A DNA stretch of 32,000 nt, from NCBI RefSeq assembly GCF_000011325.1, contig NC_003450.3, positions 1,920,001 through 1,952,000 of the forward strand. Direction: 5' to 3'. The DNA comes from Corynebacterium glutamicum ATCC 13032. GTDB lineage: Bacteria; Actinomycetota; Actinomycetes; Mycobacteriales; Mycobacteriaceae. A program made the translations under genes and the position numbers. Positions 8,534-16,069 of this stretch are shown in pieces. Position 1 is the stretch's first letter. The number at the start of each line of letters is the position of its first letter. The notes below the pieces were generated by a model. That model did no database searches, was not told where the DNA came from, and worked only from the letters and a program-made list of their open reading frames with translations.

Positions 8534-8911
8534 ATGTTACGAAAAGCATCTATCACGCTAATGATATCCGTTACGCTCTTAACATGTGCCTCTCCAGCAC
8601 AGGCACTGTCATCACAAGCACTCTCGTCAGAAAGCTCCACTTCGCAGAGTGATTCTCCTACGCAATTTGTTGCGAGTATAGCTGCGCCCTTCAATAAGAA
8701 CTTAACCTATGAGCAGCGCAAAGCCATTCGTTTCGGACCTACGACAGAACAAGAAGCAGAACAATGCTTGGCAAAGTATGGTCGCGATGGCGAGGGGCCA
8801 TGGCCTGCTATTGCTATCTATCCTGACTGCTCCTTCGATACTATCGAACAAGATTTCTATGATCAAGCAATATCCAAAGCCCTCTCAGTAATCAGTCTGG
8901 GAAGCTCCTAG
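8534..8911 (+). CDS. small secreted protein (125 aa), unknown function
   Basis: ATG with aaaggaaa upstream. Signal peptide MLRKASITLMISVTLLTCASPAQA. Hairpin terminator downstream. The C-terminus is ...SVISLGSS. Confidence 0.75.
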   Translation: MLRKASITLMISVTLLTCASPAQALSSQALSSESSTSQSDSPTQFVASIAAPFNKNLTYEQRKAIRFGPTTEQEAEQCLAKYGRDGEGPWPAIAIYPDCSFDTIEQDFYDQAISKALSVISLGSS

Positions 8912-9028
8912 AAGACTCGTAACGACCAAAAGCACCGAGAACAGATGCAACTCAAGCCCATTTACATCTGTTCTCGGTGCACTCGTATTTATAGCCTCGC
9001 GCATAGCTTCCAAAATCCAGAATCAGAT
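8862..9028. repeat. ~167-bp repeat, copy 1 (last 16 codons of the small secreted protein gene, its terminator and downstream flank)
   Basis: Aligns by eye with 14582-14749 in the same orientation, with scattered mismatches and 1-nt indels. Confidence 0.9.
8932..8980 (+). terminator. hairpin terminator (16-bp stem, 17-nt loop)
   Basis: gcaccgagaacagatg ... catctgttctcggtgc, 20 nt after the stop at 8911. The T-tract is weak (cactcgtattta). Confidence 0.55.
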
Positions 9029-9055
9029 GGCGCAATTAAATCAAGATCTCAGAAC

Positions 9056-10879
9056 TCATTTTTCAATCTCTTCTTTTAGGGCACCCGTCATCAATTGAGC
9101 TATCGGCCATTCATTAAAAACTGCGCGTCGATCAACCGAAAGCTGAGTAAGCAAAAAATTCGCCTCTTCTCTATCGTCAAGAAGCAAAGCGCAACCAATC
9201 ATAATCTCGCTATAGTTGTCTGGGTGCATTGTTTGATCAAGATTATGCCTAAAAGATCGAATTTCTGTTCTTTGTGAATCCAGTAATCCAGTTTGGCGAT
9301 ACAAAATTTGCCAACCATTAAGCCTGTAAATTGGCGACTCTTCTCGATCTCGTTCCACGAGCCAATCATTGAGAGCTTGAGCTGCTATAAGAAATGCAGT
9401 TTTCCTGCTCTGCTCAGAATCAGCTGCCTTAATTAGGCGAAGCACCATCCATGTGGCGAGATTATCAACATCAACAGTTTCTTCAAGCGCTGAATAGAAA
9501 TCAACAAGCTTATCCAAATGCAGATTCAATACTGATGGAAGCCATCGATTATCAATGAGCTCGTACGGCGTCACTCGCTCGATTGAGGAGTCGCTCCGAT
9601 CCGTTGAAGGTGTCATAGCAAAATGATGACGCTTGGAAATTACTTCATGATAAGTCCACTCCCCTGCAACATCACCAGGGTGAGCTATCAACGCAAGATT
9701 CCAACGACCAAAAGGCTGCAATATAAGTCTAGTCTCATCTTTAACCTCTAAATTCTTTACGTATTCTCCCTTAACGGCTGTTCGATACACAATATCCAAC
9801 TGCCAGAACTGTTTTTCTGTAATCTCACCAATTCGAATAAGGGACGGATCAATATTGAAATGGTTAGCTATTTCTACCAACTGACGAAGAACACCCGCTT
9901 CATCCTTAAGGTCAGCCACAGTCCGGTTCGAGTTAATCTTCAACACAACAGGTTCTTCATTAATAAAAAACGTATTCGCCTGAAGCACTCCTAGGAAGAA
10001 CTCAATGTCTTTTAACCGTTCAGGAAGACTATCTTGAAACTCAACCGTAACGCTCCCCGGAGCATCAATGGCGAGCTTTTGTAGGCGGAGAGTAATCCCC
10101 TTTCCGATTTTCAATTCAATGTGCTCATCATCAATGTTTCGATGCAAAACATTGTCATAGACGACCCCATTACACGAAACATTATAATTGGCTTGATGAA
10201 ACTGCATATTCGGGGGTATTATTTCTACGGTGGCATTGACGAACTGTTCAATTCCATCCCCAGTACGAATAATGATCGAATGGTCTGGCGAACTACCATC
10301 ATATACAGCCAGCTTATCCCTATTAAGGGGTTCAGCCGATTTAACAGTAATTGATTCCATATTTTCATAGAGATAGTTACTGGGGTTCTCGACTATCTTT
10401 TCTTGCCTCGATGCGAGCGCTAATGCGATTATGGCTTCCATTCGATCTTCATCAGATGGTAACCGTTTTAAGCGGACGCTAATTGTCTTTTGGCCCGGCT
10501 TCGCTTTACTCAGTAGATCATGAATATAAAACGGTTTCAAAAGAACATACTTTGGATATTTCTTATTTGATTTCTTATCAATATCAACCACAAAAAATAA
10601 GAGACCAGCCAGTGTCACGAAGCCTCGTAGATCAACTACTGAGACCGGATAGCTATTTAAGTCGGCAGCCTTGGCATTAACCTTTCGCCCTTTAATCTGA
10701 ACATTCACCCGACCCCCAAAGCTACGCTTAGCTCCAGAAGCATCATTACTAATATCTATGTGTCCATCTGTAAAAGTGGTTTTATCATTTTCACTAAAAA
10801 ACCCCTCTAAATGCGCACATGAATCGATCATCTTGCCTATTTTTCGAACCGCAGTTTTCTCTGTTTTCGATGTACTCAT
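9056..10879 (-). CDS. DUF4365-like (PD-(D/E)xK nuclease-fold) N-terminal domain protein with a ~450-aa uncharacterised C-terminal region
   Basis: The N-terminus ...FTDGHIDISND...GGRVNVQIKGRK...SYPVSVVDLRGFVTLAGLLFFVVDID matches the DUF4365 pattern (D.GiD ... vQvK ... llvvvD). The 607-aa ORF is AT-rich. The C-terminal part appears helical with no motif I recognise. Confidence 0.6.
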   Translation of the reverse strand: MSTSKTEKTAVRKIGKMIDSCAHLEGFFSENDKTTFTDGHIDISNDASGAKRSFGGRVNVQIKGRKVNAKAADLNSYPVSVVDLRGFVTLAGLLFFVVDIDKKSNKKYPKYVLLKPFYIHDLLSKAKPGQKTISVRLKRLPSDEDRMEAIIALALASRQEKIVENPSNYLYENMESITVKSAEPLNRDKLAVYDGSSPDHSIIIRTGDGIEQFVNATVEIIPPNMQFHQANYNVSCNGVVYDNVLHRNIDDEHIELKIGKGITLRLQKLAIDAPGSVTVEFQDSLPERLKDIEFFLGVLQANTFFINEEPVVLKINSNRTVADLKDEAGVLRQLVEIANHFNIDPSLIRIGEITEKQFWQLDIVYRTAVKGEYVKNLEVKDETRLILQPFGRWNLALIAHPGDVAGEWTYHEVISKRHHFAMTPSTDRSDSSIERVTPYELIDNRWLPSVLNLHLDKLVDFYSALEETVDVDNLATWMVLRLIKAADSEQSRKTAFLIAAQALNDWLVERDREESPIYRLNGWQILYRQTGLLDSQRTEIRSFRHNLDQTMHPDNYSEIMIGCALLLDDREEANFLLTQLSVDRRAVFNEWPIAQLMTGALKEEIEK

Positions 10880-10986
10880 TATGTATGAGACTTCCTTTTC
10901 TCGACTAACCGTTTCTCTCCTGATTCTATAATCTGGAACATGAAAGGTTTGACACGCTCACCTGGAATTAAAGGTGTCTCAGTCCA

Positions 10987-11190
10987 TCAACTTGAGATAT
11001 GAGTGACGAAAGACCCCCTCACAGAAAGCATCAATTTCGCTACCGAGTCAAACCACGACGCTGATTTAATTTCGTCAAAGAAAGTCATGCTTAACAACTC
11101 TGGTTTTTCAGCCTCAGCGACAACCAAACCGATAAAGTCCCCTTGATAAGTAAGCCTCAACGCCATAATTCGGCGGGACTTCATGGACAT
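10987..11190 (-). CDS. hypothetical small protein (67 aa)
   Basis: ATG with gaggag 12 nt upstream. It lies about 225 bp downstream of the SecB-like gene on the same strand. No recognisable motifs. Confidence 0.3.
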   Translation of the reverse strand: MSMKSRRIMALRLTYQGDFIGLVVAEAEKPELLSMTFFDEIKSASWFDSVAKLMLSVRGSFVTHISS

Positions 11191-11417
11191 TGCTGTGGCT
11201 GTCTCCTCGGAAAGGCTATACAGGTCGACCCCGGAGCAGCAGCCAAAAGAAAGGCACTGAAAGACTTTCCTGAAGACGAGTTTGGTAGGAATGCTAGCCG
11301 GGCAGGGTTTAGCGTTGGTCTACTTTTCTTAGGAATTGTCGTCAGCTACATCGCCAATATCGATTTACTGACAAAACCCACTCTACCTAGTTACGCCTGC
11401 AACTATCAGGTAATTCT

Positions 11418-11888
11418 CTACCATTCTCGTGAGGCCGTCGATTTACTAAAAACCAAATCACCAGGACCTAACGCAGGCATGAGGATCTGCGTGTGGAATG
11501 CACGCTGCCCTAAATCAGACACGGCCTGTCGTGCATATGGCACCAGAGTAAAAATCGCATGGTTGTTAAAATAATCCACCATTGCATCAGATTCCGTTAA
11601 ATAAACCTTATTCTCAGGAATCAAATAGATTGCTTCAGGCTCTACCGTTATCTTTCCGTCGGGAACCTCGATGGACACCCTCAATGAAACCTCAATGATT
11701 CGCGGCACACCTTCTTCGTCTTTACTCTTGTCGTTAACAGTAACTCCAAGTTTAAACTCAGGACGATCTGATGGTTCCTCAATTTTGACCGATAACGCAC
11801 TGAGCTCCCGATACTTTACATCCGCAAGAACTAAGTGCTGCACTAACTCATCATGATGAGAAGGTAGATGCGCTGACATGATGTCCAT
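11418..11888 (-). CDS. SecB-like chaperone of a toxin-antitoxin-chaperone (TAC) module
   Basis: The C-terminal block NNHAIFTLVPYARQAVSDLGQRAFHTQILMPAL matches the SecB signature (ilfPYaRe.isdl..rg.fpp..L.pinF). It is the third gene after the toxin and the HTH antitoxin, the same order as M. tuberculosis Rv1955-Rv1956-Rv1957. Confidence 0.8.
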   Translation of the reverse strand: MDIMSAHLPSHHDELVQHLVLADVKYRELSALSVKIEEPSDRPEFKLGVTVNDKSKDEEGVPRIIEVSLRVSIEVPDGKITVEPEAIYLIPENKVYLTESDAMVDYFNNHAIFTLVPYARQAVSDLGQRAFHTQILMPALGPGDLVFSKSTASREW

Positions 11889-11931
11889 CCTTGTCTTGGT
11901 ATTTCAATCTCAACCTATAAAACCCGAAACA

Positions 11932-12315
11932 CTACGCCAAAATGGGCTTTTCCCAATCAACGTAGGGCGGGGCAGCTTCCTGGCCGGACACGGATACGTG
12001 ATTGTTTGTCCTCGACTCATACTCTTGATAGAGGGTGGCAGAAGAGCTAACCCTATAAGATATAGAAGCATCTACCGCTAGCGCATAGCGTCGGATCGTA
12101 GACAGAGTGGGATTTGCATCGTAGTGCTCAAATTGAGAAATAGCACTCTGGGAAACGCCCATCCGATTAGCCACCTCGTCTTGGCTAATGCCAGCTTTCT
12201 TTCTCAAAGCTACAAGTGAGTCAAGGAATTCACGCTGGGAAGCCAGAAGAGCTTTAGCTTTAGCTTTCATCGCTTTCTTACTGTGCGTCATGAGTTTTAC
12301 CTTATATCCTCTCAT
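11932..12315 (-). CDS. higA: HigA-like XRE-family HTH antitoxin with a C-terminal extension (candidate chaperone-addiction region)
   Basis: HTH core LRKKAGISQDEVANRMGVSQSAISQFEHYDANPTLSTIRRYALAVDA parallels HigA1 of M. tuberculosis as I recall it. A ~45-aa tail follows the HTH. The likely true start is ATG at 12291 (MTHSKK), with aagg upstream. Confidence 0.85.
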   Translation of the reverse strand: MRGYKVKLMTHSKKAMKAKAKALLASQREFLDSLVALRKKAGISQDEVANRMGVSQSAISQFEHYDANPTLSTIRRYALAVDASISYRVSSSATLYQEYESRTNNHVSVSGQEAAPPYVDWEKPILA

Positions 12316-12369
12316 TCAATTTTTTCTAAAAACTCGCCAATGGGGGTAGTTCGTTGATGTTAAGACGAA

Positions 12370-12879
12370 TTAATCTACTGGTGATCCATCAGCACTTAAT
12401 TCGTCCCACAGTTTCACAGCAATTTCAATCTCGGTGTTTTGACGGTGTTTGGTGATTGTGTCATCAGTATTGATTTCTTTCTCGTGCGCATGAAGACCCA
12501 GAAACCAGTCACAACCTGATTTTTCAACATAGTAGAGTCGCATCAATATTGAGTATCCATCACTGTATATCCCAGAAACTGGATCTTGATCTCTTACGAA
12601 AATGTCGTTCCATCTAATCTCAAACATATCCAGCTGCGGTTGACTGGAAATACTCTTAACATGCTCTTCGGGGGTCAATCGCCCCCTCTCCGCTAGCTCC
12701 AAACGATCTTCGATAAGAGCTTCCGCATCCGCTTCGGTCAACATATTGAAGACATACTTTCTCTTCAATATGTCCATTATTTTCTCTACAGTTTCTTCAA
12801 TATGGTTATCAGAGCAGTTATAACGCCAGTGATAATGCACCGGTTTACCACCACTGCAGATGCTTTGCTTAATGACCAT
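12370..12879 (-). CDS. higB: HigB/RelE-superfamily toxin (HigB1-like)
   Basis: MFEIRW...MRLYYVEKSGCDWFLGLHAHEK...EIEIAVKLW parallels HigB1 blocks (ILELRW...FRVLFF...ALTAFYK...IETALDRQKIW, recalled from memory). The start is uncertain. Internal ATGs at 12777 or 12744 would give a canonical ~125-135-aa toxin. Confidence 0.75.
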   Translation of the reverse strand: MVIKQSICSGGKPVHYHWRYNCSDNHIEETVEKIMDILKRKYVFNMLTEADAEALIEDRLELAERGRLTPEEHVKSISSQPQLDMFEIRWNDIFVRDQDPVSGIYSDGYSILMRLYYVEKSGCDWFLGLHAHEKEINTDDTITKHRQNTEIEIAVKLWDELSADGSPVD

Positions 12880-13405
12880 CTACGCATGGTAGCTAAATTG
12901 ACATGGCCGTCCCGAGAAATAGTCTTTGCGTGACATAACTCATATATCATAAAACTACGGAACCTGAGCCGCAGCAGTTTTACCTGGAACAGTCGATTCG
13001 ACGTCCTACTGGTGGTCCTATCGCACCCCCTCAGGGCACCATCTAGCTGCAGGTTCACCTCGCTTGGGTCCGAGACTACCTAGTGACTGGCAGCAGTGGA
13101 GATGGGATAGCTCAGAACCTCCGTCAGCTGCACCGTGGGAAGATGACCGTTGGATTCCGTATGACGGTAATATATCCACACCAAACTGGACGATTGGCCC
13201 TTCCCCTTCGCCTGACTAACCCAGCAACGCCAGCTTCAATCTGATACAACTATGGAATGCTACGAAAAATTCTTGAGCAGAAACTAGACGTATCCCTGCC
13301 TCAGACATAGCGCTCGGGGGGGGATGGCTACGAGGGCAGGGATACATACATGATCATACCTTCGACGCTGTTCGCGCGCATTTCCTACACTGAAATTGTG
13401 AACAG

Positions 13406-13439
13406 GTTATGCTCCAGCGCTCTGCTTCTGGAGCATAAC
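13406..13439 (-). terminator. hairpin (12-bp stem, 10-nt loop) ~80 nt downstream of the Rib-domain gene, no T-tract
   Basis: gttatgctccag-cgctctgctt-ctggagcataac. Confidence 0.35.
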
Positions 13440-13518
13440 TCACCATCTGAGGGAGTTTTTCCTTCCAATGTGTGCAAACACGAGTAAGTAGATTCAAATT
13501 TGCTGATAAACCTGTAAT

Positions 13519-14358
13519 TTATGAACTCAAGGAAGACCCAAAGAAAGGTACGCTATCGTCCTGGACCGACTTATCTGTCACTTCGAACAAGTAATGCACC
13601 TCCGAATACGTGCCATCTGGATAAATTAATTCTGCAGCAAACCACATTTGCCCAGTACGATCTTCCGGTGCTGTGAAGGTAAGCTCACCGGTCTTCTCAT
13701 CAATGACAATAGTTGCCCCCATGAGTTCCGCATCTTCAACTGACCCATAACGATCGCGAACCACCTTAGCTCCCTGCGGAACCCCGCCAATCGCTCCATC
13801 CCCAGCAATGACCGTCATCGGAACTTTAATACTCTGACCATTACGAACCCGTTGAGAATCTATGCTCTGAACACTGTAGTAAAAACTATCTGATACCTCG
13901 ACTACTGAATGAGGTGTCACTATGTCAATAGAACTATCAGGGTAGACCACTCTTACAGTTACTCGATCTATATAAGATCGCGTCACTTCCCCAGGGTTGT
14001 AACTAATAGTTCCGGCGCCTCCAAAAGTATGCCGGATCACTCCTGTCTGTGAATCCAGCCGGGAGGTGACTACGCCATCGCTAACGGCGACTGCAAATGT
14101 GTCACTGTCAAGGACGAACCGAGTCCCCTCTGGTAATTCCGCAAAGTTTTCAACGGTCTGTGAGACCGAATTAGGCAAACCTGCATCATTATTTATCGAG
14201 CCGAGACGCGTTTCTAACGACTCGTAATCCGGCTCGTAAAGAGCCGCCATGGGTACATTTTCCTGTGCAATTGCAACACTCGCGCCATTAACCGTTGTCC
14301 CAAATACTAACGAACATGACAGAATGGCAGTAACCAAAGTGCGTGACTGTACCAACAT
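13519..14358 (-). CDS. secreted tandem Rib/YPDG-domain surface protein, paralog 1
   Basis: Signal peptide MLVQSRTLVTAILSCSLVFGTTVNGASVAIA. Rib-domain hallmarks are YEPDYE...LPEGTRF...VTVRVVYPDSSIDIVTPHSVV and a second unit ending ELIYPDGTYSEVHYLFEVTD. No LPxTG anchor. Confidence 0.85.
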   Translation of the reverse strand: MLVQSRTLVTAILSCSLVFGTTVNGASVAIAQENVPMAALYEPDYESLETRLGSINNDAGLPNSVSQTVENFAELPEGTRFVLDSDTFAVAVSDGVVTSRLDSQTGVIRHTFGGAGTISYNPGEVTRSYIDRVTVRVVYPDSSIDIVTPHSVVEVSDSFYYSVQSIDSQRVRNGQSIKVPMTVIAGDGAIGGVPQGAKVVRDRYGSVEDAELMGATIVIDEKTGELTFTAPEDRTGQMWFAAELIYPDGTYSEVHYLFEVTDKSVQDDSVPFFGSSLSS

Positions 14359-14423
14359 CCCTCTACACCACTTTCTGAATTAGAAATCCTCTATTCTCCC
14401 TCATACTATAGGGACAGGGTGTC
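14359..14423 (-). promoter_or_regulatory. conserved 5' UTR/promoter of the Rib paralogs, copy 1
   Basis: Aligns with 25436-25500. The minus strand carries ctatagt / ctatact (-10-like) about 50 nt upstream of the ATG, plus the shared segment ttagaaagtggtgtaga next to the start. Confidence 0.5.
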
Positions 14424-14547
14424 TCAATATCATTGTGGTATCGAACTGACCTCTTTTCAGAAACGTCTGTTGACCCGTCTTTTTTGTACTGCACAAGAAA
14501 GCACCGCCTCGACACTCCAACTCGAAGTCAGTGCTTTTCTACCATTA

Positions 14548-14577
14548 AAAGTGATAAGGCCCTTGAAAGGCATGATC
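14548..14577. repeat. 30-bp exact direct repeat, copy 2 (non-coding context)
   Basis: Identical to 5285-5314. Homology stops abruptly on both sides. Confidence 0.95.
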
Positions 14578-14581
14578 GTCC

Positions 14582-14749
14582 ATCAAGCAATATCCGAAGC
14601 CCTCTCAGTAATCAGTCTGGGAAGCTCCTAGACGACTCGTAACGACCAAAAAGCACCGAGAACAGATGCAACTCAATCTCATTTACATCTGTTCTCGGCG
14701 CACTCATTTCCATAGCCCCACTCGTAGCTTCCCAAATCCGGAATCAGAT
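14582..14749. repeat. ~167-bp repeat, copy 2: orphan 3' end (QAISEALSVISLGSS*) of a paralog of the 8534..8911 gene, plus its terminator hairpin
   Basis: Aligns with 8862-9028. Only the last ~16 codons are present, so it is a gene remnant. The hairpin at 14654-14700 has one stem mismatch. Confidence 0.9.
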
Positions 14750-14824
14750 TTCAGCAACCCCACGACGAAGAATAACCGACACACCTGCGTAAACGGTCAT
14801 CTGGAATACTGCCCTTTAGAGATG

Positions 14825-14879
14825 CCACTGCATGTCACTCCACTACGGCAAGATAGTGGAGTGACATGCAGTGGTTTTT
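14825..14879 (+). terminator. very strong rho-independent terminator (20-bp perfect stem + TTTTT) with no intact plus-strand gene upstream
   Basis: ccactgcatgtcactccact-acggcaagat-agtggagtgacatgcagtgg-ttttt. It lies ~94 nt downstream of the minus-strand protease gene stop, so the hairpin may also serve that operon. Confidence 0.8.
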
Positions 14880-14967
14880 AGCTGAGATTTCCACGTGCGG
14901 GATCGAAAGTGCCTTTGGCTCCACGGAGAAGGCGCCCGGCCACACGGTAGACTATTGCATCACTTAA

Positions 14968-15912
14968 TTAGTTTTCATGCCCCTGCAGAAAAGTGCCACG
15001 GTTGTCATGATTGACGACAAACTTAATTAATGGTCCTCGTTGCGCAGCAATAACGGACAGGTGGTGAAGAGTAAGAACTAAATCTTGAAGCTTTGGATCG
15101 CTCTCAAGTTCTTTGATATTCAATCCCAGCTCAAGTGCTTTACTGACCGAAATGTGTCGATTATGCGCAAGAGTAACGGAATGATCAGCGAGCTCTTTGA
15201 TAGCGCGAGTGGCTTTTTCTTCTTTGTCAGGCTCGTCTAAAAACATACCCTTTTCAAGCCACTGCTTAACCATCGAGTTGGACCACTGAATAGCTTTTTT
15301 AGCTTCACCCAACATCGTGGGGTTGTATTTATTCAAGATCACCTGCCATATATGAGCAGTCTGCGGATTCTCAGAGACCTCTTTCTTCGCTTGCTCAAAT
15401 TCTTCCAATAACCCGTGTGCCGGTAGGCCGTTAAACTGAGGATCAATGGGGCCAAGACTAGAATGCTTCCCCATAACAATCTCTTTGGACGAAAGTGCGA
15501 TCATTGTTCCTGCTGACATTGCGAGTTGGGGGACAATGACTCTGAAATCTTGACCAAAGAGTGCGTGAATGTAATCTACTAACGACTCTGTCGCAGCAAC
15601 ATCTCCACCCGGAGTGTGGAGGATAAGATCGAGACCTTTACTCTGATCCAACTTATGGAGCGCAGTCATAAAACTGTTTTTATCAGTATCATTTACCGAA
15701 AAATCCGTAGATTGCCCGGAAAATCGTCGACCATTTTCTAACCACGCTGAATAATAGACGATTACATTTCGACCAGTATGTTCAAACAGTGCTTGTAGCG
15801 CTTCTCTACGTTTATCGCTTACTGCGTCAACATCATTTATTTGTCTAATCTTGTACTGATTATCTTGGTAAATCTTAGAAATTTCATCAGTAATCTCTGC
15901 CCAGTTCCCCAT
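14968..15912 (-). CDS. SDH-family ClpP-fold serine proteinase (PF01972-like)
   Basis: GLDLILHTPGGDVAATESLVDYIHALFGQDFRVIVPQLAMSAGTMIALSSKEIVMGKHSSLGPIDPQ matches the family signature (lilhTpGG...vP..AmSAGT.iAL.aDeIvMg..S.LGPiDPQ). No signal peptide. SD agagga 8 nt upstream of the ATG. Confidence 0.85.
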   Translation of the reverse strand: MGNWAEITDEISKIYQDNQYKIRQINDVDAVSDKRREALQALFEHTGRNVIVYYSAWLENGRRFSGQSTDFSVNDTDKNSFMTALHKLDQSKGLDLILHTPGGDVAATESLVDYIHALFGQDFRVIVPQLAMSAGTMIALSSKEIVMGKHSSLGPIDPQFNGLPAHGLLEEFEQAKKEVSENPQTAHIWQVILNKYNPTMLGEAKKAIQWSNSMVKQWLEKGMFLDEPDKEEKATRAIKELADHSVTLAHNRHISVSKALELGLNIKELESDPKLQDLVLTLHHLSVIAAQRGPLIKFVVNHDNRGTFLQGHEN

Positions 15913-15916
15913 GTAG

Positions 15917-16069
15917 CTATCCTCTACTCGACCACACTAACGTGGCTGGTCGCTGTTGCTCAAAAAAATCTAAGAAACTTAAGTCACTGGGTAATACTTC
16001 TACCGACTCAGATTCCAAATAGCGATAAAAGTCCTCTGCCGATTCAACGAATTCAGACGAAGAAGTCAT
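15917..16069 (-). CDS. tiny acidic protein (50 aa from ATG 16069; 86 aa if GTG 16177), translationally coupled partner of the protease
   Basis: The stop TAG lies 4 nt before the protease ATG. ATG 16069 has gggag 7 nt upstream. The AT-rich stretch 16080-16170 carries ttgatt-N16-taaatt on the minus strand, which looks like a promoter and favours the short form. The product MTSSSEFVESAEDFYRYLESESVEVLPSDLSFLDFFEQQ... is strongly acidic. Confidence 0.5.
   Translation of the reverse strand: MTSSSEFVESAEDFYRYLESESVEVLPSDLSFLDFFEQQRPATLVWSSRG

Noticed and set aside
11143-11574. 143-aa plus-strand ORF overlapping the 3' end of the SecB-like gene.
   Set aside because: It overlaps a well-supported gene by ~157 nt on the opposite strand and has no SD. 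Only a short hydrophobic stretch argues for it.
14880-14960. tRNA-like string gtgcgggatcgaaagtgcc, considered as a possible tRNA 3' fragment or att site.
   Set aside because: The arms flanking the putative T-loop are not complementary (gcggg vs gtgcc). No acceptor-stem pairing or CCA context is present, so no cloverleaf can be drawn.
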